Of a stretch of 64,000 nucleotides of DNA, positions 1 to 9,047 are shown piece by piece (position 1 is the stretch's first letter; every line of letters starts with the position of its first letter). The notes beneath the pieces were generated by a model, which saw nothing but the letters and a program-made list of their open reading frames with translations, was not told where the DNA came from and did no database searches. The DNA is taken from contig JAHQWH010000002.1 in assembly GCA_029856105.1 (NCBI GenBank), positions 1 through 64,000 on the forward strand, in the 5' to 3' direction. This DNA is from Promethearchaeia archaeon (GTDB lineage: Archaea > Asgardarchaeota > Lokiarchaeia > Sigyniarchaeales > SOKP01). The position numbers and the translations under genes were made by a program.

Positions 1-2
1 GA

Positions 3-1187
3 GAATTATCTAATCGATTGGGGGTTACTGAATCCAGTATAGAAGAAAATCTAGCTCAATTAATTGGGAGGGGCGAGATTGATGGTTACATTGACATGCA
101 CAAGAGAATTTTTATGGCTTATAGCGTTCCACGAACAGAAGCAGGATCAACTCGTACAAAACAGAAAAAGCCCCAATCAGTTGCTGAGGGTAAAATTGAG
201 GTTGTAAGGGATTACGATTTTGAAGGTGGACAGTTACATTTCAAAGTAGCCGTTAGGAATAAGAGCAGTATGGCAATAAATAATGTTAAAGTTCTATTGG
301 ATGCACCCTCAAGTTATAAGATAAAACAGTCATTAATCAACATTCCAGTAATCGAGTCCAAGAACTCTAGGGGAGTAGATTTTTATCTTGAACCAAAACA
401 ATGCGGGACATCTTCGATCGGGGGTGATGTTATCTATAAGGACGCCCAAGGCACCAAGCACACTCTATATATTAAAAAAAGAGATGTAGAAATCAAATGT
501 CCTTTGGTTTGCACTTCTATGAGTACAATAGAAGATTGTCAAGTCGCTATACAAACGCTTGGAAATGACGCACGAGCGTTTTTAATCGCCGATTTAGACC
601 CACGATTAGCTTTTAGAGGTGCCATTAGAACCCTGAAAAACTTTGATACGAGCGCTGTTACTTCCCATGAAGGTTCAGATGCTAAAGGAAATTACGAAGG
701 AGAAGCGTGGTTTTGTTCGGAAGCAAAAACTACTGGAGGGAGAATTATAACGAGAATTTACGTTTCCGAGACGAGTCAATCGTTAGAAGTGAGAGTCTGG
801 TGTGGAAACCCAGGACAACTTACAGGATTTTTAGCAAAAATTATCGAAATTCTCTTTGAGGAAATTAATATTATTCGGAAGATTAAGTCTGAAGAAAGGG
901 AGAAAACCATTGATGTTATGGCAATCACTCAAAACTTAGCGGAAGTCAGCGATTATTGTATGCTTAGATGGAAAGCACAGAATATAAGAAATAAACTACA
1001 CGATACTTTTATTCGATTGCGTAAAGTAATAGGAGAAAAAGAAGCGATTTTAGGTAGAATTGAATTTTGGCTGACGCAGTTGAATAAGTACGGCAAAGAC
1101 GATAAAATTAGCGATGAGGACGCCGATAAACTTGTGAACGATGTAGAAAAATTCAAAAATGTCATTGCTCGAGCCATAAAATTGTGA
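3..1187 (+). CDS. 5'-truncated protein: PCI-like winged helix, Ig-like (adaptin-ear-like) domain, platform-like domain and helical tail
   Basis: The frame is open from position 3 (ELSNRLGVTESSIEENLAQLIGRGEIDGYID, a PCI-type WH end). A beta-rich segment follows (IEVVRDYDFEGGQLHFKVAVRN), then an alpha/beta segment (AWFCSEAK...IITRIYV...LEVRVW) and helices. Confidence 0.55.
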   Translation, partial: ELSNRLGVTESSIEENLAQLIGRGEIDGYIDMHKRIFMAYSVPRTEAGSTRTKQKKPQSVAEGKIEVVRDYDFEGGQLHFKVAVRNKSSMAINNVKVLLDAPSSYKIKQSLINIPVIESKNSRGVDFYLEPKQCGTSSIGGDVIYKDAQGTKHTLYIKKRDVEIKCPLVCTSMSTIEDCQVAIQTLGNDARAFLIADLDPRLAFRGAIRTLKNFDTSAVTSHEGSDAKGNYEGEAWFCSEAKTTGGRIITRIYVSETSQSLEVRVWCGNPGQLTGFLAKIIEILFEEINIIRKIKSEEREKTIDVMAITQNLAEVSDYCMLRWKAQNIRNKLHDTFIRLRKVIGEKEAILGRIEFWLTQLNKYGKDDKISDEDADKLVNDVEKFKNVIARAIKL

Positions 1188-1274
1188 TTATTTTTTTCTA
1201 AAAACATTTATAAGTGTTATGGCGAATTTATATTATTAAGATAGAAGAAAAGAGAAAATAATAAGTGGAAAAAT

Positions 1275-1700
1275 ATGCCAATAATTTCATTCTCAATTAA
1301 TGAGAGCCTGAAGCAATTTATTAATAAACTAGTATCCAAAAATCAATACGAAAACAAATCTAAATTAATAAGAGATGCCTTATTAAGGCTAATGTCAGAT
1401 ATTGAGTTCTCAAATTTAGAGTCGCACGGAGATTCTTACGGAGAAACAATTCCAATTACTAAAAAAATTGTTGGAAATATGATAGTTGTAACTCCTCACG
1501 ATCCAAATATTCAGAGAAAATTAAATAAGATAGAGAGTAAATATAACGAACAAATAGTAAATAAGAATCAACACTTTCAAGGAGAAAATCTAATAATTTT
1601 TATGATTTTTGAAGGAACTGTACAAGATTTTCAAAATATTGTAGTTGATGTAAATGGAATTAAAGAAATTAAGAATTTCCGTTATTTGATTATAAATTAG
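1275..1700 (+). CDS. NikR-like regulator (CopG/RHH DNA-binding domain plus ACT-like C-terminal domain)
   Basis: MPIISFSINESL...YENKSKLIRDAL ribbon-helix-helix, and a C-terminal ferredoxin-like fold. Confidence 0.75.
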   Translation: MPIISFSINESLKQFINKLVSKNQYENKSKLIRDALLRLMSDIEFSNLESHGDSYGETIPITKKIVGNMIVVTPHDPNIQRKLNKIESKYNEQIVNKNQHFQGENLIIFMIFEGTVQDFQNIVVDVNGIKEIKNFRYLIIN

Positions 1701-1885
1701 ACTAAAATAAATCATTTATTATTATTCTCCTTTTCAATATTACTTTCTCCTATTTTTACAATTACACTACAACATTCCTCTAACTTTATTTAAAACTTAT
1801 CAAGGTGTAGGCGTAACTTTAATAAATATATCTAATTTAATTCAGTAATTTTATGTTTTATTTTAGTAGAATTTAAAAGAGAAAA

Positions 1886-3004
1886 ATGATTGAAAAAGAA
1901 GATAATATATATCGAAAGCTGCAACAGCAATTAGATACATTACCAATAGGCTTTCCTGCGACTAAATCAGGCGTAGAAATTCGATTGTTAAAATTTTTCT
2001 TTAATCTTGAAGAAGCAGAAATAGCAATTAACATGCGATTTATCCCCGAACCTGTGAAAAAGATTTATCGCAGGGTTAAAAAAAAAGTAAAATCCATAGA
2101 GGAACTTGAGCTCATCTTAGACAGAATGTATCACAAGGGTGCTATTAATTTAAAGAGGGTGATGGATGAAAATGGAGAAGAGATACGATATCATCTCGCC
2201 TTTTTAGCAGTAGGTATGTATGAATATCAAGTAAAGTCGATTACAAAAGAGTTTTATGAAGACATCGAGCAATACTTTGAAGAGGAATACCGAGATGAAA
2301 TCGTAAGCACTAAAATCAACCAATTACGAACAATTCCAGTTGAAGAAAGCATCACGCCAGAACATAATATTGCCACATACGACGAACTAAGAACAATAAT
2401 TGAAAGTGCTGAGAAAATTTCCATAATGTATTGCATATGCCAAAAAGGGAAAGATCTAATCGGCGAGTCGTGTACACAGACAAATATGCGCGAGCACTGT
2501 TTCGTACTAAATAATTCTGCTCAACATGTTGTAGACATAGATAACGGAAGATTTATAACAAAGGATGAAGCTTTAAATATACTTAAAAAAGCACAAGAAG
2601 AAGGTTTAATTCTTCAACCTGGAAACGCTCAAGATCCCAATTTCATTTGTTGTTGTTGTGGATGTTGTTGCGATCTTATAACAAATTTAAAGAAACTTGA
2701 GCGTCCTTGGGAAATGTTTTATTCTAATTATTACGCTAATGTTGATTCGAACTCTTGTATCGGCTGTGAAACATGTTTAAATCGATGTCAGATGGATGTT
2801 ATTTCTATGGTTGAGAGTATAGCCGTTGTTGAGCAAAAATTATGTATCGGGTGTGGTAATTGCGTAACAACTTGTCCAGAACAAGCAATAACGCTCAAAA
2901 AGAAAGATAAGGAGATGCTACCACCCAAAACTACAACAGATTTATACTTAAAAATGATGGTCAAAAAAGCAGAATTAAGGCGCGCTGAAAAAGGCACAAC
3001 ATAA
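1886..3004 (+). CDS. 4Fe-4S dicluster protein with N-terminal winged helix and Cys-rich central motif
   Basis: CICQ..., ICCCCGCCC, and two CxxCxxCxxxC motifs (CIGCETCLNRC, CIGCGNCVTTCP). Confidence 0.8.
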   Translation: MIEKEDNIYRKLQQQLDTLPIGFPATKSGVEIRLLKFFFNLEEAEIAINMRFIPEPVKKIYRRVKKKVKSIEELELILDRMYHKGAINLKRVMDENGEEIRYHLAFLAVGMYEYQVKSITKEFYEDIEQYFEEEYRDEIVSTKINQLRTIPVEESITPEHNIATYDELRTIIESAEKISIMYCICQKGKDLIGESCTQTNMREHCFVLNNSAQHVVDIDNGRFITKDEALNILKKAQEEGLILQPGNAQDPNFICCCCGCCCDLITNLKKLERPWEMFYSNYYANVDSNSCIGCETCLNRCQMDVISMVESIAVVEQKLCIGCGNCVTTCPEQAITLKKKDKEMLPPKTTTDLYLKMMVKKAELRRAEKGTT

Positions 3005-3029
3005 AATATTTGATAGAGGTGAAAAAATA

Positions 3030-3395
3030 ATGGGAAAGGGTGGTAAGTATGGAAAGGGATATCAAAAAAAAGATCAAAGTTCGAAAGGTTCAGGAAAAGG
3101 TGCTGGAGGAGCACCCATTCGCGGAGGAAAAATCAAGGCAAGTCATATTTTGGTTGACAAATTTAGTAGAGCCCAAGAATTACGCGAAGACATACAAGCA
3201 GGAGAGAAATTTGAAAGTCTGGCGCAAAAATTTTCTATTTGTCCAAGTAAAAAAAAGAGTGGCAATCTAGGAGATTTCTCTAAGGGTGATATGGTCCCAG
3301 AGTTCTGGAACACGTGTACGAAGCTAAAAATTGGCGAAATTTCTCAGCCAGTTAAAACTAAATATGGATATCATATAATAAAAAGATCGGGTTAA
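3030..3395 (+). CDS. Parvulin-type peptidyl-prolyl isomerase with G/K-rich N-terminal tail
   Basis: IKASHILV, FESLAQKFSICPS, GNLG.F..GDMVPEF, PVKTKYGYHII. Confidence 0.92.
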   Translation: MGKGGKYGKGYQKKDQSSKGSGKGAGGAPIRGGKIKASHILVDKFSRAQELREDIQAGEKFESLAQKFSICPSKKKSGNLGDFSKGDMVPEFWNTCTKLKIGEISQPVKTKYGYHIIKRSG

Positions 3396-3406
3396 AAAAG
3401 AATAAA

Positions 3407-3508
3407 TAGCCCAGCACGGAATTCCGATACACGAGAACTTCGTTAATTTTTCGAACCGTGGTCGCAGGGTTCAGGGCCCCAAATGCTTGACCTCTACACC
3501 ACTGGGCT
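3407..3508 (-). tRNA. tRNA-Gln(CTG) with 29-nt intron at position 59/60 (intron 3421-3449)
   Basis: The reverse complement folds as a cloverleaf: acceptor AGCCCAG/CTGGGCT (A1-U72, typical of archaeal tRNA-Gln), anticodon loop CC-CTG-AA, T-stem CACGG/CCGTG. The T-loop is interrupted by an insertion flanked by a bulge-helix-bulge motif. Confidence 0.9.
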
Positions 3509-3570
3509 TTAATAAAATAAAGGTTTGATTAATTATAATATATTTTCTGTAAAAAATATTATTATTCTGA

Positions 3571-3590
3571 ATAAAGATAGATTTAAATAA
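3571..3590 (+). promoter_or_regulatory. Putative BRE/TATA promoter for the 3612-3755 structured RNA
   Basis: Purine-rich ATAAAGATAG followed by TTTAAATA (3582-3589), ending ~22 nt before the first paired base of the element. Confidence 0.4.
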
Positions 3591-3611
3591 GATTATAGAT
3601 GTGTAATTTAT

Positions 3612-3755
3612 TGGATTACACAGTCTTTATTGGAGGATGCTAAAAAAAACTTGTTTTTCTTAATACTCTTCTAACTGAGGGTATTAAACCCCGTGACTGA
3701 AAAAAACAAAACCCGTATAAACTTAAAAAAAAATTGCTCCTCCATGTGTAATCCA
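3612..3755 (+). ncRNA. Putative structured non-coding RNA (unknown family)
   Basis: Terminal 11-bp stem TGGATTACACA/TGTGTAATCCA; second helix TGGAGGA/TCCTCCA; TTGTTTTT/AAAAACAA; hairpin TTAATACTCT/AGGGTATTAA; no ORF-track hit. Confidence 0.55.
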
Positions 3756-3838
3756 CTTAATGTGATATCTTGGTAATTTTTGTAAGGTTAAATTAAGAAT
3801 TAGGGATTAGTTGAAACTTCTTAATAGTTAAGCAATTA

Positions 3839-5050
3839 TTAATGCTTAAGATTGTATTTTCTAAAAATCTCGTTGAAATACTTATCGCTCATTCCGGAAA
3901 TATAATCTCGCACGACTAAAGTTAACTTATTTTGATCTTTAAGAGGTTTAAAGTAAGTAGAATAGTTTTTGTCATCGATATATTCTATGTGATCTTTAAA
4001 AATTGGGGCGTCGAAGTTATCTTCCTCCAAATCCTTCAAAGATTTTTCAAATATTAATTCAAACTGATAAGTTAAGTTTTCTATGTAAGATATTTTTGAG
4101 CTTTCACTTTTGTAAAGATCTCTTCGACTGTATATTTGTTCATAATTAAATTCCTTCAATCTTTTTAGCGCTTCAAAAATCTCCTCACTATAACCAATTA
4201 TATCACTATCAAGGCTATTATTTAAGAGGTCCATAATAAGAGTTTTCATTATTTTTCGGTTAGTATCGCCAAGTACATTTGTACAACTTCTAGGTAAGTC
4301 AGACCTTTTAATGAATTTAATTAAAATCGCATCTTCGATATCTCTTCCGATGTATGCTATGGTGTCTGCTATCCGAACTCCTACTCCCTCATAAGACATT
4401 GGGATTCTTTTTATCTTATTTTCGTGAAATGCGTCGTTATATTCATTTAAATGGTCTTCCCAAGATTTTCCATTCACTTCAATTGGTTTTAACCCTTGCT
4501 CGTAAACTTCACCATCGTGACAAAGAATTCCGTCTAATACTTGTAGCGTTAAATTTAATCCTTTCGCAGGTTTATTTGGAAACCTTTTTTCTAAGTAAGA
4601 CAACCAACGGCAGCCTTGAGCATTATGATTAAATGTACCCATTTTATACTTTTTACTTATGTCATTAAGTATTTTTTCGCCCAGATGCCCCCTTGGACTA
4701 TGGCCTATGTCGTGTGCTAAACTTATAGCTTCCATTAAATCAGTATTTAGTTTTAATATTCGCCCGATTTGACAAGCAATTCTTGAGACTAATAAAACAT
4801 GTAAAGAGCGATGGGTGATATTTGCGTTGTTAACACCAAAAAAGACTTGTGTTTTGTCAATATAACGCGCATATGCTTTGCTATGAACAATGCGGTCAAC
4901 ATCTCTGAAAAAAGCAGGTCTAATATCGATTTTAGACTCAACATCTTCTTCGTACAATCTTACTGCTTGAGAATCGGATATGGCCTTAAATCCAATATCA
5001 GAATCTCTACGCATATGTAACCGGTATATTTTCAGGTTTTTAGGATCCAT
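3839..5050 (-). CDS. dgt: HD-domain deoxyguanosinetriphosphate triphosphohydrolase-like protein
   Basis: RPAFFRDVDRIVHSKAYARYIDKTQVF, HDIGHSP.GH.GE, ADTIAY..RDIED, DYISGMSD. Confidence 0.88.
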   Translation of the reverse strand: MDPKNLKIYRLHMRRDSDIGFKAISDSQAVRLYEEDVESKIDIRPAFFRDVDRIVHSKAYARYIDKTQVFFGVNNANITHRSLHVLLVSRIACQIGRILKLNTDLMEAISLAHDIGHSPRGHLGEKILNDISKKYKMGTFNHNAQGCRWLSYLEKRFPNKPAKGLNLTLQVLDGILCHDGEVYEQGLKPIEVNGKSWEDHLNEYNDAFHENKIKRIPMSYEGVGVRIADTIAYIGRDIEDAILIKFIKRSDLPRSCTNVLGDTNRKIMKTLIMDLLNNSLDSDIIGYSEEIFEALKRLKEFNYEQIYSRRDLYKSESSKISYIENLTYQFELIFEKSLKDLEEDNFDAPIFKDHIEYIDDKNYSTYFKPLKDQNKLTLVVRDYISGMSDKYFNEIFRKYNLKH

Positions 5051-5095
5051 TATTGCTTATTATAGATCTTTTATTCAGAATTTTATCAAATTACC

Positions 5096-6046
5096 CTACA
5101 CATTTCCAAATTTTATTAGTATCGCATCATGAGGACACTTCTCTTTACACTCCAAACAAAAATTACACTCACCTTTACCCGTGAAAAATTCAAACGGCTC
5201 ATCTAAGATTCTAATCTGTTTTGGACAAATGTCTTCACAGATTCCACATTCAGATCTACCTACACATTTAACAGGATTTCTGGATAATTTTAAAAAAGAA
5301 TATTCGGTTACGGCTGAAGAAACTGCAGCAAAAGGGCAAATGTACCTACAGTATATTCGCGGATACCACACCGAAAGAACAAGGATTAAAGTGTAGAAAC
5401 CTATTATAATGTATCCTCCGGGTTCTAAAGCATCGAATTTTACCGGTATAAAGACATTCAGTATTATGTCTGGAAGAAACACAAAAATAAATTCAGACAA
5501 AGAAAAAAATCCTATTGGTCGTTGAGCAAAAACACCTATCTGGGTTTTAAAATCAAGATAAAATAGAACATTCGTATTTTTTGTAATTCCTAATGGGAAT
5601 ATGATTAATGTGATAATAACTATAAAAACATATTTTATGTTGAGAAGATTCTTATGTGTTTCAAGTTTTATTTTCTTTTTTTTAGTAGGTATCGCGGCAC
5701 ACACATCTTGGATCGCCCCAATCGGACATATCCATCCACAAAAAAACCGATTTGAAAATAATAATATTATAATTAACACTGCAATAAGAAAAAATGGGAA
5801 TATGCCTTCTGCCATGGAGAAGAAGATATATTCTAATATTCCTGCTCCATTAGAAAGAGGATTTCTTGGCGAGTTTAAAACAGGTAGAACCTTCATAATT
5901 CCTTCTAGACTTAATAGGTTAATAGGTAAAATTACCTCAATAATTACGTAATTTATCATTAAAAACGCAAAAATCTGAATTATTCTTCTAGTGATTGTAA
6001 TTAAGTTTGTTCTAATCTTTAACCTTTTAAATCTCAAAGATATCAC
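5096..6046 (-). CDS. NapH/MauN-type membrane polyferredoxin
   Basis: TM helices, RFFCGWICPIG and YCRYICP motifs, C-terminal 2x[4Fe-4S]. Confidence 0.85.
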   Translation of the reverse strand: MISLRFKRLKIRTNLITITRRIIQIFAFLMINYVIIEVILPINLLSLEGIMKVLPVLNSPRNPLSNGAGILEYIFFSMAEGIFPFFLIAVLIIILLFSNRFFCGWICPIGAIQDVCAAIPTKKKKIKLETHKNLLNIKYVFIVIITLIIFPLGITKNTNVLFYLDFKTQIGVFAQRPIGFFSLSEFIFVFLPDIILNVFIPVKFDALEPGGYIIIGFYTLILVLSVWYPRIYCRYICPFAAVSSAVTEYSFLKLSRNPVKCVGRSECGICEDICPKQIRILDEPFEFFTGKGECNFCLECKEKCPHDAILIKFGNV

Positions 6047-6159
6047 TTGCTAAATTTTAAATTAATAAATAATTGCTGGTTAAAAAAATTTCTTCTAAAA
6101 AGGTATGTATGTTTTAGAATTGAAAAAAGAGAAATAAAAAAAATTAAAAAGTAATTTTT

Positions 6160-6594
6160 TTATGCTTTTTTAATTTTACTAAAGGACTTTTTATAGTCTT
6201 CTGGATCTCCACCCGCTACAAGGTAATCCATATAAACTTTTAAACTTTTTAAAAATAAATCTCCAGCCATTTCCATAATCATTCTTTGGTCTTCTAAATC
6301 AAATTCAGACCAAAGCGTCACTTCAGTTACAGCCCCTTTCGGTTCGAAAATGTAACCAATTTTTTTCATAGGGCTTCCCTCTTGGATTGATGTCATCTTC
6401 TCGTTAGGTATGTTCTCAATTTCTGTGTTTGTTACATCCCCTACATTAGTTTTTAAAAAATACTTTTTGGCTTCGAGTTGTTCAATTTCAGTTACAACGA
6501 TATTCCATCTTGGTAAACCCATGTAATCGTTTAATATCTCATAAACTTTTTCTACGGAAGCTTGAATTTCCATTTTTTTTTCTACTATTGGCAA
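6160..6594 (-). CDS. SRPBCC/START (polyketide cyclase-like) family protein
   Basis: EIQASVEKVYEILNDYMGLPRWN N-terminal signature; 144 aa. Confidence 0.8.
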   Translation of the reverse strand: MPIVEKKMEIQASVEKVYEILNDYMGLPRWNIVVTEIEQLEAKKYFLKTNVGDVTNTEIENIPNEKMTSIQEGSPMKKIGYIFEPKGAVTEVTLWSEFDLEDQRMIMEMAGDLFLKSLKVYMDYLVAGGDPEDYKKSFSKIKKA

Positions 6595-6719
6595 AAAATC
6601 AACTCCTTTAAAATTAATAATCTTTAGTTAATTATAAATTATAAATTTTTAAAAATTACAGTAAAACATTTAGCTTTAATTCAAACCATTTAAGATAATA
6701 GAATAGGGAAGTGAATGGA

Positions 6720-8630
6720 TTACTTGAGCGAAATAGACTCTCTGTTTCTCGGAGCTTTAGTGGCTTTTCTTAGTTTTTTATGTATCATCGTCGATAAGCT
6801 TACACATTTGCTTTCTTCGCCGTGGTTGATTATAACTAATTTTGGTCTGGGTTGAATTCTACGCAAGAATTGTGAGATTTGACTACGCGACGAATGACCG
6901 CTGAATCCCTCTAAAGTAAAGATATTTATGTTTAATCTTATAAGCTGTGTCCTTCCTTTCTCATTGGTGTATTGAATCTCGCGAAAACCACGCTGAACTC
7001 TGCTTCCCAAAGTTCCATTTACTTGGTAGGATACGAATATAAGAGAATTTTTTTTATCTTCGGCTAACCTTCTTAAATATTGAACTGAGGGTCCTCCGAT
7101 TAACATACCGCTCGTAGCTAAGATAATGCAAGGTCCACCCATAATAATATCGTTCCTTTCTTCTTGACTAGAGACAGTCGTGAAAAAGTCGCTTAAAAAC
7201 GGGTTTTTGCCTTGATGTAATATTTTTTCTCTTAAGTCAGAGCTAAGAAAATCGGGGTTTGCTGTATGTATAGCTGTTGCTTCTGAGATTAACCCGTCCA
7301 AAAAGATTGGGACGTGATCAATAATACCCTTTGAAATAAACTCTTCTAACACTATTATTAGCTCTTGAGCTCGTCCTACTGCTAATACAGGAATAAGAAT
7401 TTTGCCCCCTCTTTTGATCGTCGAATTTAATATTTGCCTAAGGTCTCTTTCAGAATCTTGTCTACTTGGGATTCGATCTTGAGGACCTCCATATGTTGAT
7501 TCAATAAGTAGGGCTTCAACTCTCGGAAATTTTACAGCCGCTTGTTCTAGAAGTCTAGTTTTTTGATATTTAAAATCTCCTGTGTAAATAAAATTGAATC
7601 CGCCCTTTCCGAAGTGTAAATGAACTATTGAAGAGCCTAATATGTGACCAGAATTGTGAAGTGTTAGCTTAATATCGGGAGCAATATCTGTAACTTTCCC
7701 CCATGAGAGAGGTATCGTATGGAGTACAGCGCTTTTTACATCCCTTTTCGAATAAGGGCCAGGTGTACCCTCTTTTTCGCAAATCTGAACGAAATCTAAT
7801 TGTAACATGGTAGAAAGGTTTCTTGTAGGGAGCGTACAATATACGGGACCTTTATACCCATACTTAAATAAAAAGGGTACCATTCCACAATGATCTAAGT
7901 GAGCATGAGAGACTATTACGGCGTCTAAATCCCTTATTGAAAACTCGGGAATATCAAAATTTGGAAATGGATCTTTTTTATTGCCGACATTTAACCCTAC
8001 ATCGAGAAGAATGTTACTATCTCTTGTTTGCATTAAGATACACGATCTACCGACTTCTCTAAAACCACCTAAGGAAATTAGGCGAATATTTAAATCTTTA
8101 AAAACGGTAGGGCGGTGAATTCTCTTTCCAATATTCAAGAGTATGTCTTTTTGGTTTTGTCTTTCTTTGCTCAACATCCCTCTAATTAATTCAATGGTTC
8201 TCGAGGCCAACGGTGGCGTTCTTATTGTTTTAGGTTGCCAAAAAGTGTTCATCCGTATTTCCTTTAAATTCACACCTTTTTTTCCAATAACTAACCCTGG
8301 TTTTACCGATTCTATAATAACTTCTCCACGAGTGTGATCAAATTCAATATTGGAGATTCCAGCGCCTTCAACTATTAGATTTCTTATGTAATCTTCTGTT
8401 TCAGATGGATCCTTGCGCTTCTCGGGGTTCCAGCGAAAAACCACTCTTTTACGCATAGTTTTTGCTAATTCTTTTAAAATGTCTGAACTTTCAATAAGAT
8501 CCAAATTTTCATTTTCAGAATAAACAGCTATTTCAGGACCCTCAAATTCTATTTTTTTAACCTTAATCTCGGGAGGGAGATGTGAAATGATTTGATCCTT
8601 AATTCTTTGTAGTTCTCCTTCGAAACTCAT
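6720..8630 (-). CDS. fttA: Beta-CASP ribonuclease aCPSF1 / transcription termination factor FttA
   Basis: Two N-terminal KH domains (IEFEGPEI, KPGLVIGKKG), LGGFREVGRS, SHAHLDH, GHILGS, ESTYG, FSGHS, HGE. Confidence 0.97.
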   Translation of the reverse strand: MSFEGELQRIKDQIISHLPPEIKVKKIEFEGPEIAVYSENENLDLIESSDILKELAKTMRKRVVFRWNPEKRKDPSETEDYIRNLIVEGAGISNIEFDHTRGEVIIESVKPGLVIGKKGVNLKEIRMNTFWQPKTIRTPPLASRTIELIRGMLSKERQNQKDILLNIGKRIHRPTVFKDLNIRLISLGGFREVGRSCILMQTRDSNILLDVGLNVGNKKDPFPNFDIPEFSIRDLDAVIVSHAHLDHCGMVPFLFKYGYKGPVYCTLPTRNLSTMLQLDFVQICEKEGTPGPYSKRDVKSAVLHTIPLSWGKVTDIAPDIKLTLHNSGHILGSSIVHLHFGKGGFNFIYTGDFKYQKTRLLEQAAVKFPRVEALLIESTYGGPQDRIPSRQDSERDLRQILNSTIKRGGKILIPVLAVGRAQELIIVLEEFISKGIIDHVPIFLDGLISEATAIHTANPDFLSSDLREKILHQGKNPFLSDFFTTVSSQEERNDIIMGGPCIILATSGMLIGGPSVQYLRRLAEDKKNSLIFVSYQVNGTLGSRVQRGFREIQYTNEKGRTQLIRLNINIFTLEGFSGHSSRSQISQFLRRIQPRPKLVIINHGEESKCVSLSTMIHKKLRKATKAPRNRESISLK

Positions 8631-8966
8631 ATATCCTCAATCTTTTAATATATTTCTTATTTAGTTTTAAAAATGTAAAAGTTATTGATTCTCTTATTAT
8701 TTAGAATAATCCTTTCTTTAAATTGAAATATTTTTATAACCTATTTATAATCTCCTTTAAAAATATATGTACAGTTAATTTGGTTTTTTAAACGATGTTT
8801 ATAAACAAATAGAACAATTCTTAGATATTAATACTAATACCAGAGATTATATTTAGCAACGAATTAATTCTAATTTCTAATTAATATATGAGTTAATAGA
8901 ATAAAAATATTGTCATTATGGATTTTATCCAAAAATAGCACTAATGGATTAATGATATGCTGCAAA

Positions 8967-8998
8967 TGTCATCCCTCACCTAAAGGAGGGGTGTTTTC
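8967..8998. mobile_element. Solo hairpin resembling an IS200/IS605-family end (no transposase)
   Basis: GC-rich imperfect palindrome CATCCCTCACCTAAAGGAGGGGTG in an otherwise very AT-rich spacer; the minus strand reads CCCCTCCTTTAGGTGAGGGATGAC. Confidence 0.35.
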
Positions 8999-9047
8999 TT
9001 TTGATTCAATGATAAACTTTTTTTAAAAGAGAAAATTAGAACGAACT

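Noticed and set aside
3686-3716. AAACCCC/CAAAACCC motifs in the 3612 element as a telomerase-like template
   Set aside because: Too short to be significant, and there is no reverse transcriptase in the window
3839-5050. dGTPase as an anti-phage defence gene
   Set aside because: It has a housekeeping-type sequence and context, with no neighbouring defence or mobile genes
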